A DNA stretch of 64,000 bases from Blastocatellia bacterium (GCA_035455165.1 DATIFP010000021.1:1-64000), one strand, 5' to 3'. Positions 40,090 to 51,584 are shown, numbered from the stretch's first letter. Made by a program: numbers and translations. Notes: generated by a model not told the origin, from the sequence alone.

Positions 40090-41484
40090 GTGTATTCGCT
40101 CAGTCGACAAATGCACTCTGACTTACTCTCATCAATTCTTAACGCGATCTCGAAGCGAGTGAATCAGCAGAGCTTTAACATGTGGTTTAAGCCGATTTCC
40201 TCGGCTACTAAGGATGATTCTACCGTCTACCTGGGGGTGCCAAATGAGGTCTTCAGGGACTGGATCAGCAACAACTATTTTGATGTAATAGAGGAATCAC
40301 TGATCGAGCTTGATCTGGTCGGCTACCAGCTAAGATTCACAATTGCCGAAGCGCAGCCAACGGAGGCCCAGGCACAACCCGAAGTGTTTGGTGATATTTC
40401 ATTCAAGTCCAAGCCGGAACAAACGGCTGCGGTTGGCGTCGCGAGGGCGGTTGAGGTCGAACCTGCGGAATTTCCGCTCAATCCCAAATACACTTTTGAT
40501 ACCTTTGTCGTTGGATCCTGCAATCAGTTTGCGCACGCGGCCTCGCTCGCGGTGGTTGACATGCCGTCCAAAACCTACAACCCCCTCTATGTCTACGGTG
40601 GCGTGGGGCTCGGCAAAACCCATCTTATGCACGCGATTGGTCACGCAATAAAACAGCGGAACCAAAGTCTGCGACTGACCTACCTGTCGTCGGAACGATT
40701 CATGAACGAGTTAATCAACGCAATTAGGTATGATCGCACCCTTAAGTTTAGAGATAAGTACCGGAACATTGATGTGCTCCTGATGGATGATATTCAGTTT
40801 CTTGCGGGGAAGGAACGCACCCAGGAAGAATTCTTTCACACCTTCAATGCCCTCTACGACCATCAAAAGCAAATTGTGATATCCAGCGATTGTCCGCCAA
40901 GAGAGATTCCAACCTTGGAGGAGCGGCTCCATTCCAGATTCGAATGGGGTCTGATTGCCGATATCCAGCCTCCCGATCTCGAAACAAAGGTGGCGATTCT
41001 GAAGCGAAAGGCAGAGATCGAGAGGATCGATCTGCCAGATAGCGTGGCGCTCTTTATTGCCAGCAAGATCAAGTCCAATATCAGGGAACTCGAGGGGTCG
41101 CTTGTTAGGCTTACGGCGTATGCCTCTTTGAAGGGACTGCCAATGGGTATCGACCTCGCCCATGAAGTCCTCAGGACAATAATGGCGGAGGAGTCGACAG
41201 GCGTCACGGTTGAACTGATTCAGAAGACGGTCGCCGCTCACTATAAGCTCAAGGTTGCCGATCTGAAATCCAAGAACAACTCGCGGAACGTCGCGGTTCC
41301 ACGGCAGGTGGCGATGTACCTATGCAAGGTTTTGACAAAATCGTCCTTGCCCGAGATCGGTCGAGAGTTCGGCGGGAAGCACCATACGACCGTGCTACAC
41401 AGCGTCAACAAAATAGCTCAGCTATACCAGGCTGATCCAGATTTCCACAAGGCTATTAACAGTCTAATTGCTGATCTAAAATGA
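40090..41484 (+). CDS. dnaA: Chromosomal replication initiator DnaA
   Basis: AAA+ Walker [11 protein letters not shown], Walker [10 protein letters not shown]-terminal DNA-binding helix; the start may be MHSDL at 40111. Confidence 0.95.
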   Translation: MYSLSRQMHSDLLSSILNAISKRVNQQSFNMWFKPISSATKDDSTVYLGVPNEVFRDWISNNYFDVIEESLIELDLVGYQLRFTIAEAQPTEAQAQPEVFGDISFKSKPEQTAAVGVARAVEVEPAEFPLNPKYTFDTFVVGSCNQFAHAASLAVVDMPSKTYNPLYVYGGVGLGKTHLMHAIGHAIKQRNQSLRLTYLSSERFMNELINAIRYDRTLKFRDKYRNIDVLLMDDIQFLAGKERTQEEFFHTFNALYDHQKQIVISSDCPPREIPTLEERLHSRFEWGLIADIQPPDLETKVAILKRKAEIERIDLPDSVALFIASKIKSNIRELEGSLVRLTAYASLKGLPMGIDLAHEVLRTIMAEESTGVTVELIQKTVAAHYKLKVADLKSKNNSRNVAVPRQVAMYLCKVLTKSSLPEIGREFGGKHHTTVLHSVNKIAQLYQADPDFHKAINSLIADLK

Positions 41485-41495
41485 TTTACCTTCGG

Positions 41496-41730
41496 TTTTC
41501 CACAGCTTGGGGCGCGCCTCTAAGTGATAATCCTGAGGGTGCCGTATGTAACTCTTACCCTTACGCGTATTCCTCACTCGCCATAGCTGCTTTTCCACAG
41601 TTCTTTCCACAGCGCTCTGTTGAATCATTGGTATTTGTTTTCAGGACAATAGCTGGAGCCATCCACTTTTCCACAAGCCCTACTACTTCTTCTAAACATT
41701 CAATAACATATTTGTTTACTAGAGGCATTA
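41496..41730 (+). promoter_or_regulatory. Candidate oriC: four same-orientation DnaA-box-like 9-mers (TTTTCCACA ×3, CTTTCCACA) plus an AT-rich tract (putative DUE)
   Basis: Boxes at 41496-41504, 41591-41599, 41604-41612, 41667-41675; AT-rich AACATTCAATAACATATTTGTTTACTAGAGGCATTA at ~41695-41730, just before dnaN. Confidence 0.65.
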
Positions 41731-41760
41731 GGGAAGCGAAGACCCGTACCGAGGTGTGAT

Positions 41761-42873
41761 ATGCAATTCAGCGTGAGTAAAAACGCTCTCTTGAGAGAGC
41801 TGAATCTCCTTCAGGGAATAGTCGAGAAGAAGACCACTATTCCGATCCTATCCAATGTGCTGATTGAAACAGCCAGCGAGTCCGGTATTTCGCTTGTTGC
41901 AACTGATCTCGACGTGTCCCTTCAGACAGAGTGCCAGGCAGAATCCAAGCGGGCGGGATCTATTGTGTTGCAAGCCAAGAAGCTGTTTGAGATTGTCAGG
42001 AACCTGCCTGATGCAGAGATAAACTTCACCAAGGAGGACAACGACTGGGTGAGAGTTGTTTGTTTATCATCTGAATTCAGGATAGTCGGTCAGGCAAAGG
42101 AACACTTTCCCTCTACTCCAAAGTCCGACAAGGCCGGATTGACGATTCCCGCGGCGACGATGAATGGTCTGATTAATCGAACAGTCTTTGCTATCACTCA
42201 GGAGGAGTCTCGATACGCGCTCAATGGCGCTCTGCTTCTGTTTGGGGAAGGCAAGCTGCAGATGGTCGCGACCGATGGCCATCGGCTGGCATTGGCGGGC
42301 GCCAGTCTCGATCAAGCAGAAGAGCGAGACCAGTTGAAGGTTATCATACCGAAGAAAGCGCTAACCGAACTCGCAAAACTTACCGCTGGGGTAGAGGACG
42401 ACCTTGAGTTGTCTCGAGATGAGAATCACCTCTATTTTGAGGTGCAGAATCGCCATCTCACGTCTCGAATGCTGGCGGGGCAGTTTCCTAATTATGAACT
42501 CGTGTTGCCCAAGAACAACGACAAGACCATCACTCTGAATGCCGACAAGATAACCCAGGGAATAAGACGCGCTGCTTTGATGGCCGACGAGCGAAGCCAC
42601 GGAGTAAAGATCGATTTGTCGAGCGGAAAACTCAGCATAACCTCACAAAGTGCCGACGTGGGCGAAGCCAAAGAGGTGATCCCTCTAGACTACTCGGGCG
42701 AGAGTCTAAGCATCGGATTTAACGCAGCCTACCTGCTCGATTTTCTTGGAGTGGTCGGCACGGAAGAAGTGTTGTTGGAACTAAAGGATGAACAGAGCCC
42801 GGCATTGATGCGACCCTCTGGAGAGGAGGATCGTGACTACAGGTACGTGGTTATGCCGATGAGGTTGCTTTGA
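41761..42873 (+). CDS. dnaN: DNA polymerase III beta sliding clamp
   Basis: 370 aa; N-terminal MQFSVSKNALLRELNLLQGIV...ILSNVLIE is the canonical DnaN start. Confidence 0.95.
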   Translation: MQFSVSKNALLRELNLLQGIVEKKTTIPILSNVLIETASESGISLVATDLDVSLQTECQAESKRAGSIVLQAKKLFEIVRNLPDAEINFTKEDNDWVRVVCLSSEFRIVGQAKEHFPSTPKSDKAGLTIPAATMNGLINRTVFAITQEESRYALNGALLLFGEGKLQMVATDGHRLALAGASLDQAEERDQLKVIIPKKALTELAKLTAGVEDDLELSRDENHLYFEVQNRHLTSRMLAGQFPNYELVLPKNNDKTITLNADKITQGIRRAALMADERSHGVKIDLSSGKLSITSQSADVGEAKEVIPLDYSGESLSIGFNAAYLLDFLGVVGTEEVLLELKDEQSPALMRPSGEEDRDYRYVVMPMRLL

Positions 42874-42924
42874 CGAAGTTGTAGCCTTCATATGGTACCG
42901 ACCATCAGCAAAGAATTCTGACCT

Positions 42925-43638
42925 ATGCCAAGCAATCCCGGTAAGAGAGTGCTCCTGGTCGATGACAACGAATCGATAAGAAAGTTAGTGGCGGACTATC
43001 TGGGCTCGAGGGGCTACGACGTCTTGCAAGCCGCAGACGGAATTGAAGGTCTCAAATACGGAGTCTCTTCTGGGGCCAATGTCATAATACTCGACGTCGT
43101 GATGCCGGGTATAGACGGCGTACGGCTGTGCCAGCTTCTAAGAGACAAGGGTGTCACCACCCCAATAATGATGCTCACCGAGAAGGCGGCCATCGCCGAC
43201 AAGGAGGCCGGTTATCAGGTGGGCGTGGACGACTATCTCGCAAAGCCCTTCAATCCCCGCGAACTCGAACTCAGGATCGAAGCGCTGCAAAAGAGAGCGC
43301 GCCCTGCCCCGCACCATCCGCCTCTCAAGGTCCTCAAGTATGGTGATATTGAGATCGATTTGACAAAGCACAAGGTAAGGGTGGGTGAAAGAGAGGTGAC
43401 GCTGACCCCGATCGAATTCAATATTCTCAGACTGCTCGCGTCGAACCCCGGCCACGTTTATTCCCGACAAGAGCTCTTGAGCTCCGTGTGGGAGACCGCC
43501 TACGAGGGCTACAAACGAAACATAGACCCTCACGTTAATCGCCTCAGAACCAAAATCGAGGCGAACCCGAAAAGACCTAAGTACGTTCTGACCGTCTGGG
43601 GCATCGGCTATAAATTTAATGATGCGCTGTCTCAATGA
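42925..43638 (+). CDS. OmpR-family response regulator (no cognate kinase adjacent)
   Basis: Receiver VLLVDDNE...DVVMPGIDG...KP; winged-helix ...VWGIGYKF. Confidence 0.9.
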   Translation: MPSNPGKRVLLVDDNESIRKLVADYLGSRGYDVLQAADGIEGLKYGVSSGANVIILDVVMPGIDGVRLCQLLRDKGVTTPIMMLTEKAAIADKEAGYQVGVDDYLAKPFNPRELELRIEALQKRARPAPHHPPLKVLKYGDIEIDLTKHKVRVGEREVTLTPIEFNILRLLASNPGHVYSRQELLSSVWETAYEGYKRNIDPHVNRLRTKIEANPKRPKYVLTVWGIGYKFNDALSQ

Positions 43639-43873
43639 GCGCTCGGGTTCTCGGCAGGCGATCTTCACTTCCCGGATTTCACAGCTAGAGCAAGGTTCGT
43701 CCGCTCCACGGCGCCGGGCTATGTTGCGCCGGGCTATGTTGCCGCGGATAGTTCGGTGTTGTATCCTTATGCAAGACGTAGGCGACAGCAAACCCGAGCA
43801 GGATCGGCAACAGCTTGTTGTCGAAGGAGAGCTAGCCGCACGATAACGGCGAAACACACACGTGGTTTCCTAG

Positions 43874-45697
43874 ATGCAGCGAACGATGTCAAATGAGACA
43901 AATCTCATTGAACGGGAGTCCAGGGCACATTTCACCGATGGCGCCGTTGGTATGCCGGCCAAACCCGACGCGCCCCCTGACTCATCTTCTGCGTCGTCAA
44001 CTAGAGGCATTTCAGCACTCGACCGCGCGTCTGATCTGAGTGAGTCCAACGCTACGGGTCGTGCGGAGTCCTCCGTTCATTGGCAGGGTGGAAAACATTG
44101 GCGGTTGCTGGCTGGTGCCTCCGCCTTGATACTAACAATTCTGACGGTTGCCGCAGTCTACCTTGTAGCCAAACGACCCTCAATGGTCGATCAGTTGGTC
44201 ATCCTCACCGTTCCGTCGGGTGCCGACATAAAACTTGACGGGAAGGATTACGGACATTCCCCCGTAAAACTCGAACGACTCGCAGTCGGAACTTATACGA
44301 TTTCGATCACCAAGGACGGATACGAACCGGATGAGAGAGCTATATCCGTTTTGGACTCGGGTCCTCTGGAGTTTAAGCTTAAGCCCGTCGCGCCGTCGGA
44401 AGCGCTTGACCTTCCAGCGGAAGAAAAAATCAGAAGGTATCAGCAATTGGCGGAAGAGGCCTTTGCGCGCGGCTCGTACGGATTGATCTACGAGGGTAGC
44501 GCGCTGAACTGGGTCGTGCTGATTGAATACGAGGAGCCGAAGAGTGCTTTCGCGGTGGAGATGCGCGAGCGAATCCAAAAGACGGCGCACCAGTCAGCGC
44601 AGGCCGCCGTTTCACGAGGCGATCTGGCACAGGCCAAAGAGATATATAGTTTCCTCCTGGAGCGCTTTCCTTTTGACGAAGAGGCGCGTGTGGCTGCCGC
44701 GAAACTCGAGAGCCAACTGGCGGCCCGGCGCGGCAAAATCGGCGAGCTGATCCGCAAAGCCGATGAAGCGTTTCAAGCTGGCCGCTTGGTCGATCCGATG
44801 AACGCCAGTGCCTATTATTACTCAAAGCAGGTGCTGGCGATCGATAAGGAAAACGAAAAGGCGCGACAAATTCGCAGCGAGATTAAGGACAGGCTCGCCG
44901 CAGCAGGAGAGCAAGCCATTGCGCGGGACCCCGACAGCGCAATCAGACAACTCGACCAGGTCGCGGGGCTCTTCCCGGAAGACAAGCGGCTTCGAGCGCG
45001 GGTTCGCGACCTCCAGGCTGCTCGTACCGTGGAACAGGAGAAAGCGGCTGACCCGGAAATGCATAGGGTGCGGGGCCTCGAGGAATATCGCAACGAGAAC
45101 TTCGCTGATGCGATTCAGGATCTCCAATTTGCGGTGATGAATGGGCGAGGCACAAACGAAGTCCTGTTCGCGCTGGCGCGATCGTACCAGCGGGTTGGCC
45201 AGCTCGACCTGGCCGAAGGCTATTTTCTAAAACTGCCCCCGACGGCCGGTGATCCATATCGATCTGCGATAGCCGCGCGCGGCGACATGGCCTTACAGCG
45301 AGGTGATTCTGCTAAGGCGGTGGAGCGATGGAAGGAGGCACGCCAGTTGGGCGGCAGCACCATGTATTCGGTGGCAATTCTCGACGATAAGATCGAACGC
45401 GTCGAGCGGCCAATGCGCGAAAAAGCCGCGGAACCTCAACCACTCACCATCCAGGTCAGACACCTCCACGGCGGGTTGCTCGGCGGCTCTTGCGGAGGCG
45501 CGTTAACAGTCAGCTCAACCGGGGTCACTTACGAGGGTAAGGAGCATCAGTACTCATATAACGTAGCCGGCGTAGGCGTGCGCATCTCGAATGACGAGAT
45601 GACCATTCAGTTTGGTAGAGACTCTCAAAAATTCAAAGTGGCTCGCACGGATGCCGAACGCTTTCGCGAAGCCCTGGCCCGCTACCAGAATCGCTAA
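43874..45697 (+). CDS. PEGA-domain membrane protein with TPR-like helical repeats
   Basis: TM LLAGASALILTILTVAAVYLV; PEGA module LTVPSGADIKLDGKDYGHSPVKLERLAVGTYTISITKDGYEP. Confidence 0.7.
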   Translation: MQRTMSNETNLIERESRAHFTDGAVGMPAKPDAPPDSSSASSTRGISALDRASDLSESNATGRAESSVHWQGGKHWRLLAGASALILTILTVAAVYLVAKRPSMVDQLVILTVPSGADIKLDGKDYGHSPVKLERLAVGTYTISITKDGYEPDERAISVLDSGPLEFKLKPVAPSEALDLPAEEKIRRYQQLAEEAFARGSYGLIYEGSALNWVVLIEYEEPKSAFAVEMRERIQKTAHQSAQAAVSRGDLAQAKEIYSFLLERFPFDEEARVAAAKLESQLAARRGKIGELIRKADEAFQAGRLVDPMNASAYYYSKQVLAIDKENEKARQIRSEIKDRLAAAGEQAIARDPDSAIRQLDQVAGLFPEDKRLRARVRDLQAARTVEQEKAADPEMHRVRGLEEYRNENFADAIQDLQFAVMNGRGTNEVLFALARSYQRVGQLDLAEGYFLKLPPTAGDPYRSAIAARGDMALQRGDSAKAVERWKEARQLGGSTMYSVAILDDKIERVERPMREKAAEPQPLTIQVRHLHGGLLGGSCGGALTVSSTGVTYEGKEHQYSYNVAGVGVRISNDEMTIQFGRDSQKFKVARTDAERFREALARYQNR

Positions 45698-45820
45698 TCA
45701 GGCTGCTTACCCGCGCGGGTAATTGACCCGCCAAGAATCTCGCGTATAGTTGATGCCGTCACCTTACGAGGTGACGAACGAGCGAAATCGAACCAGGCGC
45801 TCAAGCTTCCGTTTCACAAA

Positions 45821-47140
45821 TCAGTTGCCAGCCGAGCTACTTTGCGAGTCTGCGGAGTGCTCGCCTATGAGCAACGAGACTTCGTCAGCTACCTCCGAGG
45901 GCACGCAAACGCGATCGATTCGGTAAGCGTGCATTCCTCGCACTACCTCCGAGACTTCGCTGATTTCACGGAGCGCAGATTCGTGACCCGCTTCAACGTA
46001 GATCAATTGCGCTGGATCGGTCCCCACCGGTGAGTAGTCGCTGTAGTACGGGACATCAGAGGCCCGATCGGTTACAAGGTAGTACTCCGGGTCAAAACCA
46101 GCGAGCCGCACGATCTCCGCCGCTCTCACCCAAAAACCCTCCGACACATCTGCCGCCACGTCGAGAGCCTTGAACAACCGCCGCTGGAGCAGCCTTCTCG
46201 CGAGGTCCGCGAGGATCTCATCTTCTTCGCGAGACCACATCTTTAACCGAAACATGACATCGGTATCGTCGAGTTGAAGGTACTCAATAGTGCTTACCGG
46301 TTCGCCTAACAAGAGTTTCTCAAACACAGAATCAGGCAATCTGAATCGCAGCTTGCCAACCGACATCAGCAAACGTGCCCGGTTCAACGCCGAATTCAGA
46401 ACCGCCTCCGCCGACCTCAGGGTGCGATGGAAGTAAACCTGCCGGAACATGTAGTACCGAGCCTGAAGGTATTCCTCAACCGCGTACAGGCCCTTCGCCT
46501 CGACGTAGATTCCATCGCGCGACTCGTCGATCCTCAACGCGTGCAATACCCACTCGAGGTCGTATATTCCATACTTCGCGCCGGTCATCAAGCTGTCGCG
46601 AAGCAGATAGTCCATCCGATCGCAGTCGAGCTGTGAGGAGACCAGCTGAGAAACGAACGCGGGCGAGTAGCGATGTTGGTACAGCGAAGCGAGTTTTCCC
46701 GGAAGCTGGCGGTCGAAGCCCTGGAGGATCCTGTTGACCTCGGTCGTTTCGTCGAGGATAATCCGCCGCGTCCAGTCTTCGTGATGAAAGCGAAAGACTT
46801 TCTCGACGACGTGAGATAGCGGTCCGTGCCCGAGATCATGAAGAAGCGCGCCACTGCGGCCAACAACCCGTGATTCGTCGCTGATGCTGTGATGCGAGCC
46901 CAGTAGCTCCAGCGCGCGAGTCATGACGTGCATCACACCGAGCGAATGCGTGAACCGGCTCTGTTCCGCGCCCTGATAAGTGAACATCGCCAGCCCAAGC
47001 TGCTTGATGCGACGCAATCGCTGGAACTCCGCCGAGTCGATCAGGTCGACGATCAAGCGGTCCACGGGCGCCGACTCATCGAGCGAAATGATGTTGTGAA
47101 GCGGATCGCGATAGTTACGCCAGGCCACTACAGACCTCAA
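45821..47140 (-). CDS. HD-domain phosphohydrolase (dGTPase-like, COG1078)
   Basis: [11 protein letters not shown]...HSLGV and LLHDLGHGP = HD motif. Confidence 0.8.
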   Translation of the reverse strand: MRSVVAWRNYRDPLHNIISLDESAPVDRLIVDLIDSAEFQRLRRIKQLGLAMFTYQGAEQSRFTHSLGVMHVMTRALELLGSHHSISDESRVVGRSGALLHDLGHGPLSHVVEKVFRFHHEDWTRRIILDETTEVNRILQGFDRQLPGKLASLYQHRYSPAFVSQLVSSQLDCDRMDYLLRDSLMTGAKYGIYDLEWVLHALRIDESRDGIYVEAKGLYAVEEYLQARYYMFRQVYFHRTLRSAEAVLNSALNRARLLMSVGKLRFRLPDSVFEKLLLGEPVSTIEYLQLDDTDVMFRLKMWSREEDEILADLARRLLQRRLFKALDVAADVSEGFWVRAAEIVRLAGFDPEYYLVTDRASDVPYYSDYSPVGTDPAQLIYVEAGHESALREISEVSEVVRGMHAYRIDRVCVPSEVADEVSLLIGEHSADSQSSSAGN

Positions 47141-47247
47141 ATGCGCTACGGTTTATACAAGCTCGATCTTACCATAGCGCAATTGAGGCCGCTCGCTTTC
47201 TGCAGCCTTCGCTGAAGGAGTCTTCGGCTTTAGGCAGTCCCCCAACA

Positions 47248-48807
47248 CTAATCCGACCCAGTCCCCGAGTGAGTCACCGGCGAGCCCGCGGGCGAAACAC
47301 CATGTTCGCTTATCTCATGTTCGAGGTGGCGAGCCATAACGCTGTGACGCTTGCCGTAGGTGAAATAGATCGCAAAGCCCATCAACAGCCAAACCAGCAA
47401 ACGCAGCCAGTTCTCCGCCGGAAGCGAGAACATCAGCAACAAACAAATCGCTATCCCAAGTATCGGTACGAACGGAACGAGGGGCACCCGGAAAGGCCGC
47501 TCGGCGTGGGGGTGGGTGCGACGCATAATGAGAACTGCCGAGCACACGATCACGAATGCCAGCAGAGTGCCGATGTTCACCAGCGTCAAAAGCACATCGA
47601 TTGGAAGCAACGCCGCGGTCGTCCCTACGAAGATTCCCGTGACTATGGTCGACTTCCAGGGTGTGCGGAAGCGAGGATGCACCGCGCCGAAAAACTTGTC
47701 CGGCAGCAAACCATCCCTCGCCATCGCGAGCAGGATCCGGGCCTGGCTCAGCATCGTTACTAATACAACCGACGTGATACCGGCGACTGCGCCCAGCGAT
47801 ATCAGCAGCCGGGCCCACGTCAACCCTTGTTGCTTGAAAGCGTCCGCAACCGGCGCGTTGATGTCGAGCCGATCGTAGGGAACCATCCCGGTCAGCACCG
47901 CCGTCACTGCAATGTAAAGCACCGTGCAGAGCACCAGCGAGGTGATAATCCCGATAGGAACGTCTCGTTGCGGATTGCGGGCTTCTTCTGCGTGGGTGGA
48001 AACTGAATCGAAGCCGATGTACGCAAAGAATATCAGCGCCGCGCCGGAGAGCATCCCCAGCGGCTGGCCCGCTGCGTCCGACTGGCCAAAGAGCGTTTTC
48101 CCAAAGAAGCTCACGCCGCTCAGACCGTACGGCGAAAACGGATGCCAGTTGTTCGCGTTGACGTAGAAAACTCCGACCCCGATCACCAAAAAGACGATCG
48201 CTACTTTCAACATCACCATTGCGGCGTTGAAACTGGCGCTCTCCTTGATTCCGATGACCAGAATGATCGTTACGATCGCGGTAACCACCATGGCGGGCGA
48301 GTCGAGGAAGGTCCCGGTCGCCACCCATTTTCCCAGCTTTGGGTCGAAGTCAAAGGGCGCTCGGCTGAGCGAATCCGGAAGCTTGAGCCCGAATATTCCG
48401 ATCAGATCCTGAAAGTAAGCCGACGCGCCATGGGTGACCGTAGCCGCACTGACCGCATATTCGAGCACCAGGTCCCAGCCAATTATCCAGGCGAACAACT
48501 CGCCAAGGGTCGTGTACGCGTAAGTGTAAGCTGAGCCGGCCACCGGCACCATCGAGGCGAACTCGGCGTAGCACAAAGCCGCAAACACGCACGCGCTGCC
48601 GGCTACGACGTATGACAGCATCAGAGCAGGCCCTGCAACATCGTGAGCCGCTTTGCCGGTAGCTACGAAGATGCCCGCGCCGATGATAGCCCCCACGCCG
48701 AGGCTCGTGAGCTGGATCGGCCCCAGCACTCGTCGCAGGCGATGTTCGCCGGCCATCTCTTCAAGCAGGAGTTTGAGCGGCTTCTTCGTGAGAAGCTGTC
48801 TTCGCAT
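47248..48807 (-). CDS. APC-family amino acid permease
   Basis: Signature LTSLGVGAIIGAGIFVATG; 12 TM helices; the likely start is MRRQLL at 48807, the track ORF extends to 48882. Confidence 0.85.
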   Translation of the reverse strand: MRRQLLTKKPLKLLLEEMAGEHRLRRVLGPIQLTSLGVGAIIGAGIFVATGKAAHDVAGPALMLSYVVAGSACVFAALCYAEFASMVPVAGSAYTYAYTTLGELFAWIIGWDLVLEYAVSAATVTHGASAYFQDLIGIFGLKLPDSLSRAPFDFDPKLGKWVATGTFLDSPAMVVTAIVTIILVIGIKESASFNAAMVMLKVAIVFLVIGVGVFYVNANNWHPFSPYGLSGVSFFGKTLFGQSDAAGQPLGMLSGAALIFFAYIGFDSVSTHAEEARNPQRDVPIGIITSLVLCTVLYIAVTAVLTGMVPYDRLDINAPVADAFKQQGLTWARLLISLGAVAGITSVVLVTMLSQARILLAMARDGLLPDKFFGAVHPRFRTPWKSTIVTGIFVGTTAALLPIDVLLTLVNIGTLLAFVIVCSAVLIMRRTHPHAERPFRVPLVPFVPILGIAICLLLMFSLPAENWLRLLVWLLMGFAIYFTYGKRHSVMARHLEHEISEHGVSPAGSPVTHSGTGSD

Positions 48808-48936
48808 TAGCGGCACCTCCGCGATCTCTGGAGATGGCGCCACTATAAGACGGTAATCTGATGGGAACGAGCACTTTGTCACGAACGCTCGGATTGCGGA
48901 TTGGATTGATGCAGGAAGGAATTAATTACCAGTCGC

Positions 48937-49716
48937 TCAAAGTGAACTGCCCAGCAACTCGCCCAGCCGCTTGCGGCAACTTCGGCTCAACATCAGCTCC
49001 GTGCCATCCTTGAGAATCACACGATACTCGTTGTGAAACCAGGGCTGTAGTTCTCGCACCCGCTCGATGTTTACGATAGTCGAGCGATGTATTCGAGGAA
49101 ATTTCTTCGGATCGAGCTGAGCTTCCATACCGCCGATCGCCTCTCGCAACAGGTAGGACTCTTTGCCCACGTGCAGGCGAACGTACTTGCCTTCGGCCTC
49201 GATCCAATCGATCTCTGCGGTTTTCAAAAAGAACGCGCGGCCTCCCGCTTTGATGACCAGACGTTCGATGTGACTCGATTTCGCCTTGAGTTCGGCCAGC
49301 AACGCGAGCGTCTGCTGGTTCAACTCGCTTCCTCGGCCGCTCACGAGCCGGGACTTCGCGCGTTGGAGCGCTTTCTCAAACCGCCGCCGGTCAAAAGGTT
49401 TCACCAGGTAATCGACCGCAGCGACCTCAAAGGCGCGCAGCGCGTATTGATCGTAGGCGGTCACAAAAATCACCAGCGGCATCCCGGCGGCTTGCGCAGA
49501 GGCGAGGACGGCAAAGCCATCGACTTCGGGCATTTGCACATCGAGAAAGATCAGATCTGGATCGTGGCTCTTGATCGCACTGATCGCATCTCTTCCGTTT
49601 GAGCAATCGCCGATAATCTCTATTTCGGGATCGCGCGCGAGCATGCGGCGGATCCTCCGACGTGCGAGCGGCTCGTCGTCAACTATTACGGCTCGAATGG
49701 TTCTGCCTGAAGTCAT
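48937..49716 (-). CDS. LytTR-family response regulator
   Basis: Receiver domain (VDDEP...LDVQMP) plus C-terminal LytTR DNA-binding domain. Confidence 0.9.
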   Translation of the reverse strand: MTSGRTIRAVIVDDEPLARRRIRRMLARDPEIEIIGDCSNGRDAISAIKSHDPDLIFLDVQMPEVDGFAVLASAQAAGMPLVIFVTAYDQYALRAFEVAAVDYLVKPFDRRRFEKALQRAKSRLVSGRGSELNQQTLALLAELKAKSSHIERLVIKAGGRAFFLKTAEIDWIEAEGKYVRLHVGKESYLLREAIGGMEAQLDPKKFPRIHRSTIVNIERVRELQPWFHNEYRVILKDGTELMLSRSCRKRLGELLGSSL

Positions 49717-50867
49717 GTGACTGCGGCCCCGTCTCGGGCGCCATTTGCGCGTGCGGCCTCGAAGGGGATCTCAAGCGTTACCTTGAGTCCGCCTTCCGGC
49801 GCATCAGTCATATCAAAGTTATGCGAGCCGCCGTACATTTGCTCGAGCCGCGCGCGCGTGTTTCCAAGACCCAACCCTTGCTTGACAATGCCGGCACCGT
49901 CGCAATGCAACCCGGGCCCGTTGTCTTTCACCTGCAGCTCGAGGGAGTTTCCGGAGCGCCTTGCTCGGATCGCTATCTCTCCGGGAGCTATCCTGGACAC
50001 GATCCCGTGCCTGATCGCGTTTTCGACTATGGGCTGCAGGATCAGGTTCGGCACCCGCGCTTCGAGCGTCTCAGGCTCGATAAGCAAGTTCACCGTCAGA
50101 CGATCGTGAAATCGCACGTGCTCGATCTCCAGATAGCATCTCAAGAACTCCAGTTCTTCCTGCAGCGTGACCTGTTGCGCCCCGGAGTTCTCAAGCGTCA
50201 TCCTCAGGAAATCTCCAAGCCTCGCCAGCATCTGATCGGCCGCATCCACATCCTCCTCGAGCAACGCCGAGATTGAATTCAGCGTGTTGAACAAGAAGTG
50301 CGGATGAAGCTGCATCTTGAGCGCCTGGAGCTGAGCCTCGGTCACCTGGAGCTTCGCCTCTGCAAGCTCGGCCTTTAGCCGCGAGATCTTCAGCTCTTCT
50401 TCCTGATGCCGCCGGTAGTAATCGATCACGTAGCTGACGAGAAAGATAGTGCCGTAGCTCATGAAGCCGGTCGGTAGATTGAAGAGAATGTCCGACGAGT
50501 ACAACTCGGGGATTGATCTAAGGTTCTGATAAGCGGCTACATTGAGCAGCCATCCGAGGATCAGGTAGATCGCTCGGTGGGCGATCGCGAGTGTCACGCA
50601 CGCGAGGATGTGAAGAAGCGAGTTGCGGAGCCAGCGTTCACGGTCGATCGGGAATCGCCCTGCAAGCCAGAAGACCACCGGCCCGAGCCCTGCCCACAGC
50701 AGCCAATAAGGAAGCTCCCACACAAGCATCTGGCCGAGCGTCGGGGGATGCTCGAAAATGGCGACGTAATGCCGGGCGAAAAAGTAGTAGTTGAACGCGA
50801 ACGACAGGGCGATCAATAACCAACCGATCAAGACGAGCGCCCAAAGCGTACGGTGACGACTCAACAT
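49713..50867 (-). CDS. Sensor histidine kinase (LytS/YehU-type His_kinase region + HATPase)
   Basis: N-terminal TM sensor, H-box region LQALKMQLHPHFLFNTLNSI, HATPase QPIVENAIRHG; 4-nt overlap with the downstream regulator. Confidence 0.9.
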   Translation of the reverse strand: MLSRHRTLWALVLIGWLLIALSFAFNYYFFARHYVAIFEHPPTLGQMLVWELPYWLLWAGLGPVVFWLAGRFPIDRERWLRNSLLHILACVTLAIAHRAIYLILGWLLNVAAYQNLRSIPELYSSDILFNLPTGFMSYGTIFLVSYVIDYYRRHQEEELKISRLKAELAEAKLQVTEAQLQALKMQLHPHFLFNTLNSISALLEEDVDAADQMLARLGDFLRMTLENSGAQQVTLQEELEFLRCYLEIEHVRFHDRLTVNLLIEPETLEARVPNLILQPIVENAIRHGIVSRIAPGEIAIRARRSGNSLELQVKDNGPGLHCDGAGIVKQGLGLGNTRARLEQMYGGSHNFDMTDAPEGGLKVTLEIPFEAARANGARDGAAVT

Positions 50868-51073
50868 CGAGCTCTCCTCAGCAATAGTAGCCGCATCCTA
50901 TGATACCGCCCGGGAGCGCAGGCTTCTAGCCCGCGTTGATCGCTGATCGCGTGCTTGCCGGGCCCGGGCGCGCGGGCCGCGTGCGCTTCCAGGCGAGCTT
51001 TCCGATAGCCGCATGCTTGATGGTAGAATGACGCGGTAACTCTAGTCTTTGGTCGCCAGCTAGCGGGATACTC

Positions 51074-51490
51074 ATGCCCAGAATGTCCGCCGAAGAGCTC
51101 GAACGGTTCCTCTATTCGCACTTCCCTCAGATCGATGTTCCGGACTTTCACGTCGAGCACGTTGAAGATATGTTTGCTCGCGTTCGATTGAGGTATCACA
51201 AAAAGCATCTGCGTCCGGGCGGCACGATATCTGGTCCCGCGTTGATGGCGCTGGCGGATACGGCTACGTATATTGCGTTGCTCGGAATGATAGGGCCGGT
51301 TGCGCTTGCGGTGACGACGAATCTGAACATCAACTTTTTGCGCAAGCCCGAACAAGCCGACGTGACCGCTGAATGCAGACTCCTGAAACTTGGCAAGCGA
51401 CTGGCGGTCGGGGCGGTGACGATGTTTTCAGAAGGCGACTCCGAGCCGGTAGCTCACGCGACGGTAACGTACTCGATACCGGCTGTCTGA
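51074..51490 (+). CDS. PaaI-family hotdog thioesterase
   Basis: 138 aa; hotdog-fold pattern HLRPGGTISGPALMALADTA. Confidence 0.8.
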   Translation: MPRMSAEELERFLYSHFPQIDVPDFHVEHVEDMFARVRLRYHKKHLRPGGTISGPALMALADTATYIALLGMIGPVALAVTTNLNINFLRKPEQADVTAECRLLKLGKRLAVGAVTMFSEGDSEPVAHATVTYSIPAV

Positions 51491-51584
51491 ACGGACTGCC
51501 TGCGTGATCATTGCAGCGTCCGATGGCGCGAGGCCGACCTTGGTTACCGGGAGGGCGATGATTGAGATGTACTAGGAAAGTCGG

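Noticed and set aside
47315-48328. 337-aa minus-strand ORF
   Set aside because: An alternate frame inside the APC permease gene; Arg/Gly-rich, no membrane helices.
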